Assembly: GCF_006345805.1 (NCBI RefSeq)
Contig: NC_042998.1
Coordinates: forward strand, 53,134,001 to 53,198,000
Source of the DNA: Octopus sinensis
Lineage: Eukaryota
DNA length: 64,000 nt
Direction of reading: 5' to 3'
Position numbers and translations under genes: made by a program. The notes beneath the pieces are model-generated. The model saw nothing but the letters and a program-made list of their open reading frames with translations, had not been told where the DNA came from and made no database searches. Shown here piece by piece: positions 12,881 through 26,997 of this stretch (position 1 is its first letter; every line of letters begins with the position of its first letter).

Positions 12881-13329
12881 CAAATTATGATATAGAGACA
12901 TCCCTTATTAGCTTCCTGTTATTTCATGCTTATAAGAGTTGTAGCTCATTAAATTAACAGTATTGTGCCATACCAGCTGAAATACTTCACAGGTTTAACC
13001 TATTTCTGTTATCACATTGCCCATCATAAAGACACTTACTTCACTTGCCTCCTAATATCAAAGTTTATCTTACAATAAATAAGTATACCCAGCATAGGTC
13101 AGATCACCAACGTACCACCCATGCTGCATGATTCTCATCTGCTACCAATATTTTGGTGCTTCTTTGCAGAAGATGTCTATATGAGAGGATTTCCCAAAGC
13201 AAATAACCACAGTAATATGATGTTCTAACATACATCCACATTAAGGAGGATATAAAGTTTGCTACTGTTGTTGTTTGGAACTAAATCAGTCCTGATAAAG
13301 GCTGTCTTAATGGTATTACAGGCCCATAG

Positions 13330-13590
13330 GAAAATCAGTGCACTGGACTCTATTGTATTTATAGGTTGACACTAAGCCACAATAAACATAAAGCAGAATT
13401 GGCCCCAGGACATTCGGTCCCAGAGCAACTATCCATATGCTGACCCTTATAGTATTTATTCAAGGCAAGCTACAACATAAATTGATCAGAATTGGGTCCC
13501 CAGGTAACTGTCCAGTGTCCTGGCTCCTATATTATGTTGTTATTGACAGCAAACCACAGCATACAGGGATCAGAATTAGGCCCCTGCAAC
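13330..13590. repeat. Diverged ~85-93-bp tandem repeat, about 3 units
   Basis: cagaatt(g/a)g(g)cccc at ~13394, 13487 and 13571. Confidence 0.5.
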
Positions 13591-13817
13591 AGTTCTGAAT
13601 TCCCATGTCTTAAGATAGCACAGGTCCTGACAAAATAGACCTATAACATAAAATATGTTCATGTGTTGACTATCCTGTTTTTTTTTTTAATATATACCTT
13701 GGATTACATTATACCATGTGACTTTTCTCACACAGCTTTGGTCAGTTTGAGGTACTGTGAAGTGAAACTGAACCCAAGACCCCATGGTTGGGAAGCAAGC
13801 TTCTTAACCACACAGCC

Positions 13818-13859
<42 letters not shown>

Positions 13860-14684
13860 TATATATTTATATATATAATATATGTCTGTCTGTGTTTGTC
13901 ACACAATATCTCTACTTACAACTGGTGTTGGCTTGTTTATGTTCCCATAACTTTGGCAAAAGAGATTGATAGAATATATATCAGACTTTTAAAAGGAAAA
14001 ACGTAAGTACTAGAATCGATTTTCTTTCTTTCTTTATTATTTTTATTATTTTTTTTTGTTATCTAAAACCCTTCAAGGTGGTGTCCCAGCATTAACCACA
14101 GTAAAAGATCCAAAAAGTGAATTAATACTCCAGAAAATTATAATCTTTATGATAAAAATTCCACTCAGACTTTTAGATATTATTTGATTTAGTATTTTTT
14201 TTTTCTTTTTCTAGATAATGGATATTCCCTGGCCTGAAGTCAGTAGACATAATAACTACATTGGTATAGATATTTATCTTCATGTGTAAAGTCAAGCAAC
14301 AGACAACATATCACATTCTATTTGTGATGAGATATTTGTGAAGAAGTTTCTGAACAGCTCCACCTGCTAAAAATAGCACCCAAATTGCTTTCAAAATATA
14401 CTTCACTCATAATCATCATCATTCTTTAATGCTCTCTTTTCCATGCTTGCATGGGTCAGTTGGAATTCTTTGAGGCAGAATGTTTTTTTTTCTACAGTCA
14501 GATGCCCTTCCCGCTGCCATCCCTCACTTGTTTCCAAGCAAAGTTATATTTTCTCTTGGTCAGACAAGTTTTTCACTGAAGGCAAGAAATGGACAACCAC
14601 ATTTGTATAACAGCGATGATCATTTATAACCTTCATATGACATCTAGATAAGGGGGACTCACAAATGTACACACACACATGGTG

Positions 14685-15445
14685 GCATGGGCCGGACGGT
14701 TTGACTGAGGACTGGTGAGCCAGATGCTGCACCAGGCTCAGTCTGATCTGGCAAAGTTTCTACAGCTGGATGCCCTACCTAATGCCAACCACTCCGAGAG
14801 TGTAGTAGGTACTTTTATGTGTGACTGGCACAAGAGCCAGTCAGGCAGTTCTGGCAACGACCATGCTCAAAAGATGTTTTTACGTGCTACCTGTACAGGA
14901 GCCAGTCCAGCAGCATTGGCAACGACCACGCTCGAATGTTGTTTTTTCACATGCCACAAGCACATGTGCCAGTAAGGCGACGCTGGCAACGATCAGACTC
15001 AAATGGTGCTTTTCATGTGTCACTGGCACAAGAGCACTCCGTGACCCTGGCAACGATCATGCTTGGATGGGCTTTTAACGTTCCACTGGCACGAGTGCCA
15101 ATCAGATGGTACTGTCATCGGTCACGTCAGTGATTTTGATTTGTTTACACTTGCCTCAATTGGTCTTCACAAGCAAAGTTCATTGTCCAATGAATGAGGG
15201 GTACTCATAAGTGGGCTGGTTACACCCCACATTTGGATGTGCTTTTAATGCTTCACTGACATGAGTGCCAATCAGGTGGTACTGTCAGTGATTTTGATTT
15301 TGATTTGATTTCACTTGCCTCACAAGCAAAGTTTATTGTCCAATGAATGAGGGGTATCCATAAGTTGGCTGGTTACACCCACTGGCATAGGCCAGGGCTA
15401 TGGTCTCACTTGGCTTGTCGGGTCTTCTCAAGCACAGCATATCTC
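14685..15445 (-). mobile_element. RTE LINE 3'UTR with diverged internal repeats
   Basis: gatgccctacctaatgccaaccactccgagagtgtagt followed by ctggcaacgacca(c/t)gctc repeats, homologous to 50190-50900. Confidence 0.75.
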
Positions 15446-15938
15446 CAAACACACACATCTATGAATCTATGTGTGTGTGTCTTTGTGTATGCATTTGTCC
15501 CCCACCACCACTTGACAACTGGTGTTGGTGTGTTTATGTCCCTGTAACTTAAGACCAACAGAATAAGTACCAGGCCTTACAAAAATAAAAATTAATAAGT
15601 ATTGGGGCCGATTCATTTGACCAAGATTCTTCAAGGCAGTGGAAAAAGAAAAAGAACACTAGGAATAACTTGAAATCCACTTTGAGAAACAATTATATAA
15701 TATGTGATTAACAATGATTTAAAAGTTAAGGGTTAATGGATATTTGATACTTTCAGCAATTATTTCTTTATTAATTTTATATATTAGAAAAATTGTGTAG
15801 ATGTATCAACATTCCTATACACAAAATGTCTATACCTATAACAGACACATAATACTTTGTAAAAGAAAAACAAGAAAAAATATATATACATACATACACA
15901 TCTATGTGTATGTGTGTGTATATATATATATATATATG

Positions 15939-15973
<35 letters not shown>

Positions 15974-15989
15974 TTACATATATACCATG

Positions 15990-16378
15990 CAGTATAAGTG
16001 CACCATTGTACAAGTAATTTTCTGTATGAGCAGAGATTCATGCAAATTTTTGTTTTGAAGTATGAGCAGAAATCTGCTGTACGAACACACTAATCATCCC
16101 ATCTTTAACGTAATTCAGTTAATAAAACCAGTTTACATTCTCTTTTTTATAATTACAGTTTGCATTCTCTTTTTTTTTATAATTGTCATTTTACTTGTAA
16201 CTACATCTTTTCTGATTTAAAACTCGTAAAAAATTATTTTCAGTGGATTTTGGGGTCTGGAATGGATTAATTATAGTTTAGTTAATTTCAATGGAGAAAA
16301 TTGATTTGTAAAATGAGTAAATCATAAGACGAGCTCAGTCATGGAATGAATTAAACTCATACTGCGAGGTATCACTGT
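15990..16378. mobile_element. Tigger/pogo-like MITE remnant
   Basis: Right end cgaggtatcactgTA resembles a Tigger TIR. The left end is poorly defined. Confidence 0.35.
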
Positions 16379-17091
16379 AATGTATTCACAGAGGATCATG
16401 AATTTAAATTACATTTAATTATAAATACTTTCCTTACTCTTTTCTATTTACATTCATATTAGTTTTTCCTTGAACACAGATAATAAACAAGTATGCAAAT
16501 GAAGATATTTGCATAAGCTTTAGAAGCAGATATTATGTTATTAGATGCCCTTCCTTATGTTATTACTTCTGATATCGCTAAAAATTATACAGCTATCTAT
16601 ATTCTATTTTATAGATGTTATGAGACCCTTTTATTACATTTACTGCTAATAGAATTTATATCATTATTAGCATAGCCATTCTTTAGAAGAGATGTCTAAA
16701 ATATACATTACCATCATTTCCTGATGCGTTTCTAATTATCACCATATATACACATACACACTTACATGTACATATATATGTATATTTACACATATACAAA
16801 CACATATGTATATGTCAAAATTTCATGAAGCAAACTGACAAAATTATATATATTTATATATATATACATACACACACATATATATATATATATATATCTA
16901 TATATATCTCTCTATATATATATAAGTTGAGGTTATAAGAGATAATGGTGTTGTTGAAACCCAAAGGTGTCAGGTAATGCTGAATAAGTGCTATAGACAG
17001 ACCATAGTTAAGTTCCAGATTCGGGTAATATTGCGAATAAAGGGTTCAACATTAGTTCTATGTGTATATAAGAATTTTTTTGCGTTATAAC

Positions 17092-17137
17092 ATAAAAAAC
17101 CAAGGCTGTATAGATCTATACAGCCTTGGTTTTTTAT
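17092..17137. repeat. Perfect 46-bp palindrome
   Basis: ataaaaaaccaaggctgtataga|tctatacagccttggttttttat, extending imperfectly to ~17066-17163. Confidence 0.95.
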
Positions 17138-17814
17138 CTTATTACCAAAAAATTCTTATATATATATATGTGTGCATGTGTATCTGTGCGTATATGTGTA
17201 CATGTATGTATGTATTATGTCAAAGGAACAATTATGACTGAGCTTTTATTTTTACTAAGGATTTTTCATATTTCTTTATCCAGCCTTTATGTTTGATTCA
17301 GAACATTAGTGTTCTGAAGGCCATTTGCCTACTAACATTTAAAAGCTATCTTAGCTTCATTCTCAGAATAAAACTAGTGTGGAATGGATTATTTTCATGT
17401 GTCTTGCAATAGTTTGCAAAGCATCATGGTGATTTTCCCTCTTTTTTTCTTTTAAATGCCAAACTTAAAATTTATTTAAGTCAAATCCAGTAGTTTTCAT
17501 ACTTAATTACACATACGCATGATATTCCTGTGTTTTCCATTACTAAACCTTCCATCGATACTCTTCTCATTCTTTTTGTTGTAAAATTTTGTGTAACTGA
17601 TGCTTCTTTATCAATTTTTGTTGCATGAACTACATTGTAGAGTGTTGAGATAGCTCGTTGTTCAAAATGTACAAAGGCTCAGTCAAACAATAGAGGTGTA
17701 TTGTATGCTCATTGCAGCAGTTTGATTCATGAACATTATAGCTGTCAAGTTTGCATTGAAATTTATATTCTACATTAGTTGTTAAAAGTATTTTCTAGGT
17801 TTTGTTTGTTCCTC

Positions 17815-18105
17815 ATCAAGCCACGCCTGGCTCATAAGGGCCAGTTTCCCGGTTTCTTTGGCATATAGTTTCCCCACCTGGACAGGACACCGGTCCGTCA
17901 CAGGTGAGCTGCTAGATGCAGGAGGAAAAAGTGAGAGAAAGTTGTGGCGAAAGAGTCAGCAGAAGTTCACCATTATCATCTGCCAGAGCTGCATGGAGCT
18001 TAGGAGCTTCAATCATAAACACGCACATCGGCCAGTCTGAGATTCGAACCCATGATCCCTCGACCGCGAGTCCACTGCTCTAACCACTAAGCCACGTACT
18101 TCCAC
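17815..18105 (-). mobile_element. SINE family D
   Basis: tRNA-like head (minus) tggcttagtggttagagcag...ggttcgaatc. Body aaagtgagagaaagttgtgg is shared with 29410-29708. Confidence 0.75.
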
Positions 18106-18465
18106 ATTCTGCGTTTTAGTTCATGGTTTTGTTTCATTATGAAGGCTCTTTTACGTTTTCATACTTTTATAATATATTTCAACTATGACTTTGTGGTTAG
18201 GTATGATATTTGTATTTTACTTTGTTAGTTTTTTCTAATTATATTTTCATCCATTCAATAACCTGGGTGCATTTGGTTCTTATGGTAGTCAATATACATC
18301 ATAAGATTATTTTCATTGGGTACAGGATTTTATAAGTGTAGTCAAATTCATTCTTGTGGCATACTGTGGTATGGTCAACTAATCAATTGAGGGACCTGTT
18401 GTTAATTAAGGTTTATTAAGAGAGCAGTAAATCTCACAACTTGATTAGGGGAGCACTATCTCAGA

Positions 18466-18626
18466 TTAATCCTTTTGATACCAACCTGACTGAAATGTCT
18501 CAAATGTCTTGTTTTCAAAAGTTCTAAATTAAAATCTTCCTCCAAACCTTGGTCACAATTTATGTTCTTTTACTAAATTCTTATATTTAAAATTGAAAGA
18601 AACACAGAGCATCTCAAAAGGGTTAA
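18466..18626. mobile_element. piggyBac-type MITE (family 2, internally deleted)
   Basis: ttaatcctttt...aaaagggttaa, homologous to 19429-19658. Confidence 0.6.
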
Positions 18627-18899
18627 AACTTATAGTATAGGGAAGATTTTAATCTTGATAGACAAACTCTGTAGAGCAGGTGGTACAATGAAATGCACCC
18701 AGTTCATCAGTAAAGGGGTGTGAGACTGATACTTAAAATTATGCAATAGAAAAACCAAATACTAATTGTATAAACAGGACTAAAAATTACCTTGTTAATG
18801 CTGTACATGATTGTGGGATGACTAGGTGGGAACATATGTCCAAGTGAGAAAACCCCTTGACTCATTCATCAAATGATTGTTTTTGTAATTCTTTTCTCT

Positions 18900-19420
18900 T
18901 GAAATGCAGTGGTGCATAGGTTGTTTGAAGTTTGTTTCACTCCAAGAAGTTTGTTCCACTACAGCACTGAAAATTTAGTTCTTTTCATCAAAAGCTCCTG
19001 TATCTAAATGGATGGGAAATTATGTAGAGAAAGCACTACAGCAATTGATTTATGAGTAAATGGACAATAGGAGGCTATGGCTATAGTATGAGGAAGTGAA
19101 TTTGACATCCAGAACACATAAGATGCTCTGATATTCTCATTGTATTTTCCCTAGAGGGTACTCTTGACAGAGTCTCTTACTCATGTGACTTAACTAGCAA
19201 CAGAGATGAGTGTTCTGGAGACATATAGACAAGAATAAAAGCACGGTGGAAAATTTTTAGAGAACTAATACCCCTGCTTGCAACTATGGGATTCTCTTCC
19301 CCATGTCTTTCTCAGGGGAAGAAAACCAAAAAAGACATGGAAAGAAAAAAGTGATGAAAGCCAATCTCATGAAAATGAACCTTGTGATGGAGATGACAAA
19401 TGATTACAACAAATGACAAG
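18900..19420 (+). mobile_element. Highly decayed RTE LINE fragment
   Basis: agaataaaagcacggtggaaaatttttagagaactaatacccctgcttgca resembles 49390-49445 (RIAWAKFRELLPLL). Confidence 0.55.
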
Positions 19421-19428
19421 ATACTGTG

Positions 19429-19658
19429 TTAGCCTTTTTGATATCAACCCAGCTGAAACCACTTCTGGCTCTGTAGTATAAATGTCTAGTTATCAAAAGT
19501 TCTGAATTAAAATCTTACACCAAACCTTAGTCACAATTTATGTTTGTAACACTAGTTTAATGATAACTAAATTATTTTACTAAATTCTTTGTTATATTTA
19601 AAATTAATTGAAAGAAACACAGAGCATCTCAAAAGAAATATGGTAACAAAAGGGTTAA
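19429..19658. mobile_element. piggyBac-type MITE (family 2)
   Basis: TIR-like ends ttagcctttttgatatc / ggtaacaaaagggttaa. Confidence 0.65.
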
Positions 19659-20804
19659 GGAATACCTGTCCAACCCATGCAAGCATTGAAAACCAGATAT
19701 AAAAATGATGACAATGACAAAAATAATAATAATAATAATGATGATATCAATAAATTTATCTCTTTCAAATACTCATATACAAATATGCATTTTCTTTCCA
19801 CTACATTAGTTTAACTCAGTATGATGGCATTAAAGAGTTTTCATTTCAGTCAATTAAATAAACCTTTAACAGCTTCAACTTTGCTATTACAACAAACCAG
19901 ATTTCTTCACTGTTCAGCATTTAAGTTTTGAAACCAAATACTTTAGAATGCTAATCCTTAGAGTGAGAGAAGCACTTTAGATAGCTGCCTATTGATTTTA
20001 GAATTAGTATTATTCTCAGCAGCTTCTTTACAATGATAAATCATTCCAATATTCTCATTTATTTACCATAAAAGCACGTGATTACTGTACCATTAAAAAA
20101 TAAAAAAAATAACAAACAAACAAACAAACAAACCGAAGTTACATGTACAAAGAACTGTTGGTTACTATCTGATGGTATAGTTTATATAGAATGAAATGAT
20201 GCCATGCACTAATCATAGGGATGTAGTGAGCTTCCTAACAACTTAGTTTCATTCATTCAAACATTCTAATTACCCAGCAGTCTAGTAGTTGTAGTAGCTG
20301 CTGTGTAGTCAGTATGACTGCATCTTCAACCGAATCACTTTTATTATTAGTGGATGAGAGAATAAGAAACTTGTCTGTTGAATGGGTTTTTTTGAAGTTC
20401 ATTCAGTGAATTGAAAGCTTTTCTGTTTAATGTAATTCCTGGATTGGATTCTGATTGGGGATAGAATGATTACAAGAAAACGAATGGCACCTAATTTAGA
20501 AAAGAGGAAATCTGAAATGCTGCAACAAATATTAAGAGGAAAACATGTAGAATAGTTGTTATTTCAAAAGCCAACTTGATAGAGAAATACACTTTAAGTC
20601 TTTTACTATCACTTGAATATGGAATAATAACAAAGTACAAGCATGGCTGCAGGGTAAAAAGGTTTGATTCACAACCATGTGGTTTTAAGTTTAGCCCCAT
20701 TGCATGGCACCTCAGCCATGTGTCTAGTATTATAGTCACCAATACCTTGTGAAAGAAATTTGGTTGATGGAAACTGTGTGGAAACCTGCTATGTATATGG
20801 TTTG

Positions 20805-20920
20805 TATGGGGGAGAGCTGAAAAGTTCCTGGCTGTAAGGGTATCATGAAAGACCTGGTTGAAGGACCAACTTTCGGAGTTCTTTTACAGGGCTTAGAAAA
20901 ACTGAAGGACCACAGCAATG
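20805..20920. mobile_element. Partial mariner-type MITE
   Basis: Reverse complement of the right half of 57829-58045. Confidence 0.6.
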
Positions 20921-21094
20921 TTTAGGTTCCATATAAGTAAAAGGTCAAGCAGCTTGATGGCTCATGCAATGGCAGAATAAAATTCCTTACTTGAGAAACA
21001 AGAAAGGATTGGCATCAAAAAGGTTGTCAGCCTTGCCAAGTCTTATCCATACTGTGCCAGTATAGAAAACAAGGGGATGTAACAACTACAACAA

Positions 21095-21395
21095 TGAATG
21101 AATGAATGAATGAAAAAATAGATGAATAAAAGAATAAGTGAATGAATCAGTGATTGAATGAAAATACAAAAGAAGGAATAAAAGAATAAAGAAAGAAATG
21201 AAAGAATAGATGAATAAAAGAATAAGTGAATGAATGAATAAAGGAATAAAAGAATAAGTGAATGAATCAGTGATTGAATGAAAATACAAAAGAAGGAATA
21301 AAAGAATAAAGAAAGAAATGAAAGAATAGATGAATAAAAGAATAAGTGAATGAATGAATAAAGGAATAAAAGAATAAGTGAATGAATGAATGAAA
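21095..21395. repeat. (GAAT)/(AAGAAT)-derived low-complexity array with a 120-bp duplication
   Basis: 21124-21240 is repeated at 21244-21360. Confidence 0.9.
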
Positions 21396-22890
21396 TAATT
21401 AATCACTGAATATCTTGAACAAGAAACTGACCAACAAGATTGTTATTTGTGTAGATTATTGACAAAGTATAAACTGATAAAAGCAGTGATGAGGTGTAAG
21501 GTGGCAAGCTGGCAGAATTGTGAGCACACCAGGCAAAATGCTTAGCAGCATTTCATCTGGCTTTATGTACTGAGTTCAAACTATGCCAAGGTCAACTTTG
21601 CCTTTTTGGGTCAATAAACTAAGTACCAGTTGAGTATTGGGGGTAGATGTAATCGAACTTAACCCCTTTGTCAAAATTACTGGCCTTGTGCCAAAATTTG
21701 AAATCGATATGAGTAATGAGGTTGAAAGGAGAGGACAGTTAAGGAATTTTCATAACATAAGCTCTGAGACTAAAGATTTCTAATTCTTTATTGCTATGAA
21801 ATGACAATAAATAATCACATTCTTAAAACCAAATGATTATGTGTGTGAGTGTGTGTGTGTGTGTGTGTGTGCGTGCGTACATATATATATATATGTGTGT
21901 GTGTGTAGATATATAAATACGTAATTTTAATTTGACAAAGACTGAAGACAAATATGTCTTATAAATTGTACAGAAAATTAATATTTATTTGAAGAGAAAC
22001 ACTCCTGAACATAAACATTATTACATTTCTTGTTTTCTTGTTTCAAGATGATGAACTAAATTTGACTATGCATAATGAAATGTAACAATTCTTATCAAAA
22101 ATATTAAAAATTGAAAAAAAAAACAAAAAAAAAACAAAAGCAATGTTAGTGTATTATTGTGTGTGCATGTGTAAAACAAAGAAAGTATGGAGAAGGAAAG
22201 TAGTAATTTAAGGATACATCTATATGAAGTAGGAAAGAGAACTGAAGGATAAGAGACAAGAGATGGAGAATAATAGAGGAAATAAGGAGAAAGACAGAAA
22301 GAGAAAGAGAGAGAGAGAGAGCAAGAAAGAAAGTGTAAGAGAGTAAGAGAATGGACAATAAGGGAGAGGAGGAGAGAATAGGAATGTGGAGAAAGAAAAA
22401 AATGATAATACAGAGTATTGAAAATTGCAAATGTTAAAACATTTAGCTTTTAAAACATCCATATCAGACCAAAATACTCTACCGGTCCTTTACAAAAATG
22501 GGCCAGATCTGGCCTCTCAATCTGACCCTACAATGTCATTTGACAAATAAGAAGTCACGTCACCATAATATCAAAGCCATGAGATAATGCAAGGCTAATA
22601 CAAAACAGGTTAAGCTGAATGCTAAAGGTAATACCTGTAATAATTATTTCTGATTTAGGCACAAGGCCAGCAATTTAAAGGGTTAAGTTGGTCTCATCGA
22701 CTCCAATAGTTCAATGATTCTATACTTCACTGACCCTTGCAGGACAAAAGCTGAATTTTGCCTCAGCATGATTTGAACTCAGAATGTAAGGAGATGGATA
22801 AAGTACTGCAAGACATTTTGTCCTATGCTCTAACACTTCTGCTAATCCACTACTCTTGGTTTTTTTGATTTAGACACAAGGCCATCATTT

Positions 22891-23135
22891 TTAAACCTTT
22901 AACATATCTGGCCCAAATAATCTACCTGTTTTATGCTCACACCTACCCTACAAAGTCATTTTTTAAAAAAAAGGTACAAGCATGGCTGTGTGGTAACAAG
23001 CTTGCTTCCCAACCACATGGCTCCAGGTTCAGTCCCACTGCATGGCACGTTGGGCAAGTGTCTTTTACTATAGTCTCATGCCAACCAAAATTTTGTGAGT
23101 GGATTTGGTAAATGGAAACTGAAAGAAGCCCATCA

Positions 23136-23174
<39 letters not shown>

Positions 23175-23504
23175 ATGTCTTTGTGTCTGTTTGTCCCCCC
23201 CACCATCGCTTGATGATCATTGTTGATGTGTTTACACCCCTGTAACTTAGTACTTCGGCAAAAGAGACCGATAGAAGAAGCACTAGGCTTACAAAGAATA
23301 AGTCCTGGGGTCAATTTCTTTGACTAAAAACCTTTAAAGCCATGCTCCAGCATGGCCACAGTCAAATGATTGAAACATGCAAAAGAATAAAGGAATCATA
23401 TAACCAAAATCTCACAGCTAGAAGATATTGCATGATTAATTCAACACAATGTGAATAAATAGGCATTACATTTTCACAGAGTAGCATGAATGCTAATGGG
23501 TTAA
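22891..23504. mobile_element. piggyBac-type MITE interrupted by a full SINE A (~22978-23395, +)
   Basis: ttaaacctttaacat...aatgctaatgggttaa. MITE internal sequence resumes after the SINE tail. Confidence 0.7.
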
Positions 23505-23652
23505 GGAGAGGAGTAAGTTGTTGACATCACCCCAAGTATTTGATTGGCATTTTATTTTATTGACTCTGGAGGCAAGAAAGGCAAAGTTGGCTTCAGCAGT
23601 GCATAAAGAACTAGTAACAACTTAGCCAATACAGCAATTAATAATAAGGAAT

Positions 23653-23698
<46 letters not shown>

Positions 23699-24452
23699 TG
23701 TGTGCAAAGGAAATTCTGACAAACAACATGATATTTAAATGTATACTTACATGATTGCAATGTAAAGAAGCTTTATGCTTCATTTCATATCAAATTAATG
23801 CCCTACAGATTTTTATCATTAAATCATTGCTTTTTCTATCAAGACACAAAATATTGAAAGGTTGAGTCAAAAGTACAGAATCCAAGTACAAACTTATATA
23901 TATATGTATATATGCATGTTCTTAATTATTGATATTACTTTAATTGCTTCCGAAAGTATACACTTCAATAATATAAGTGCATATAACTTTAGTTGATGGT
24001 ATATCATTTCAGCATACATGTTTCATGACTCTTAGATTTCTATACGATTGATATGCAAGCCTTGAACTTTCTTTCATCTGTAAATTGTATGATATCTAGT
24101 CTTTGAACGTTTATCCAAATATTAGGTTTCCATGATATACATACATACACACACACACACACATATACATACACACACACACATATACATACACACATAT
24201 ACATATGCACACACACATATACATATACACACATATATACATACTTAAATATATATACATACATAAATATATACATACATAGGTATGTTGCATCACCTAT
24301 TTTGTTATGTCATGCTTTGTATTAAAAAATAAGCTATAAATGTGGTTCAATCAATGTGTTGGTTAATCTGTGGTTTTCTCCATTTTCTAATTATATGCAT
24401 ACAGAAATATACATACCTACATACATACATATATATAATTAGAAATATTGCA

Positions 24453-24840
24453 TTTCTAAATCTCTTAGAGAGACTTAAACAGTAGCAGCATGATAAAGTG
24501 ATGGTTTGTTGCCAACTTAATGTGGCAGTCCCATGAAAGGGAAGAATGCTGCTGCTATTTAACCTCAGGAAACACTGTTTACAGTTGGCTAAGTGACACA
24601 AGCATTCTGTGTCCTTAAGTTTCCAAACAGGGGAGATAAGCACCTACACCCAGCAAAGCCAGCATCCAGAATTCATTTCGCTTGAAATTCTATAAATTTT
24701 CAATTGCAAATAAGCATTGACAGCTAGCAAGCCAAGCTACTCCAGACTGATGAAGAGCAATAACTCTGAAACTAGTCTCTGAATGCTGGCTTTGCTGGGT
24801 GGACGTGCTTATCTCCCCTGTTTGAAAATATAAGGACATA
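24453..24840. mobile_element. Fold-back Penelope-like/retrozyme element
   Basis: 24608-24670 is the inverted repeat of 24778-24840. Homologous to the 361-bp unit at 38989-40006 (tttctaaatctct, gtcctta, ggggaga). Confidence 0.75.
24743..24781 (+). ncRNA. Minimal type-I hammerhead ribozyme, canonical core
   Basis: caga-CTGATGA-agag-caataa-ctct-GAAAC-ta-GTC-tctg. Palindromic ACTAGT stem III, GUC triplet. Confidence 0.85.
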
Positions 24841-26949
24841 AAATACACCTGTTAAGGTGAATTGATATAGAGAGAGATTTAGAGTAGTGTAAAATACAAT
24901 TATAATTAAGGGTATACAGGAAACCATGCCTATGCCCTTAATTATAACAGCATTTTATACAATAATAAATCTCTATATATGTATATCTATATATTCAAAG
25001 GGCGTTTTGAGGTTCCACTCACAAGACATTGATTAACTTGGGGCTTTCATTGAAGACACTTGCCCAAGATAGCATGCAGTGGGACTGAACCCAAGACCAT
25101 ATTGTTGGGAAGCAAGCTTTTTAGCCACAAAGTCACACATGAAGAATATGCAATATTTTTGTCTGGAAATAATTTTGTAGATTCATGGTGACTGAGTAGT
25201 TATTGTTGCTGCTAAATCCCAATCTGGCACTAATCAAGCAAACATATAATCTAAAATTTTCCAGATGTGACCACCCAGTCATTTTTTTTTTGACGATATA
25301 GAATACTCTATCTAATGCACCCTTATTCAGGGTGTAATTTAAAGAAAGTTTTTGACTGCCATCTCCACTAGGGGCCAACAGACAGTAGCTCTCTTGTTGG
25401 ATTGTGATATCTGCATAGGATCAGTACATAAGTTAAGTTAAGTTAAGTTAATTTTTTGGAAGTCATATCCTATCACTGGCACAATAATGTATCTTTGGAC
25501 TAACCATTAGCTAATTTTTTGTTATTTTTTTTTTACATTTTACTGGAAATAATTAGACCATATCTAAAACAGGCCTGCTAATAAAGCTTTCACTAAATTA
25601 CTGATTGAATTAGAACACAGGTAATGAATTCTACCAAACTCAACTTAGCTTGTCCAAATTTACAAATAGTTAAGAAATGCAGAAATGTGGCAGACTGGCT
25701 GTGATTGCCATGGAAATTGCACCATTGCAGAAAAATTTGTGTCAAGAACTATATCATTACTATCGATAGAACAGACTCCAGACATTAAATCTTGACTCAT
25801 TTCTGCTTTATGACACTATTTATTTCACTATAAGTAATAGATATAGTACATATGTTGTGTGAAATCTTGTAGCAACTTATATTCAGAACAATATAGCATG
25901 CATTATATTACCTTTACTGGATACATTACCTTGGCATCTACTCATAAACAAGTCTGTACAACATAGTAATAGCTTCACTTTGAAATTGTGAACCCTATTA
26001 TATATATATATATATATATCAGCTGTGATCTCTCTGTCACCTAAACTGTTCATCAGCTTTCACTTTATATAATGTTTAAAGTTTGAAGGCTAACTCCAAT
26101 CTAGATGAGAACATATATAATACTACCTTATTGCGGTTGACAAAGTTGTTAATAATATAACAGATAAAAAGTATAAGAAAGAGTATAAGCATTTTAAGAG
26201 ATTAAAGAAAATAAATACATAAATAATCTAAATAATCAATACAATGCATCATTGGAAATATGATAAACTGGATTATAATGGATAGGATGATATTTTATAC
26301 AATAATCCTGACCTGATGAATATTTTTTTGCAATATAAGCACATTAATATATTTTGAATATAAACAGATTAATATATCTTTAGAATGATAAAGACTGAAT
26401 TTTGTCTAAAAAATTAGTAAACTCACATTAAAATGGAAATTATAATTTTTATGGTATTCTCACAAATATAATATTATACACCATGTGTATGTGTATATGT
26501 GTGTATATATGTTTGCATCTGTTCTGTTCTCTGTTGTTTTTGTCTTTCTTTTCCTTCTTCACAATGTACAGCTAATGATAGATATATACACACACATATA
26601 AACAAATATACACTTATCTTTTTTATGTACTTAAAATTATAGCTATCGAGAAATATATGATGAATATTTATTAAGAGCGATAGCAATACAACACTATGAA
26701 TGATTTCTATACAGATTTCATTTTCTTTTGTCTTCAGTTTCCCCTGCAAACTTTGTTAGGTTATGTAGAATCAGGACATTTGCATTTTGGTTCACAGACA
26801 GCTGACTTTTGTCTTCATTCATTAATGTATTCATGTACACACACAAATACACTCACACAAGCATAAATACATACACACAATTCATTTCAAAATGAACAAT
26901 TTGAGATTGAAAATGTATTTATACATACATAAATGTATGACTGTATGCA

Positions 26950-26997
<48 letters not shown>

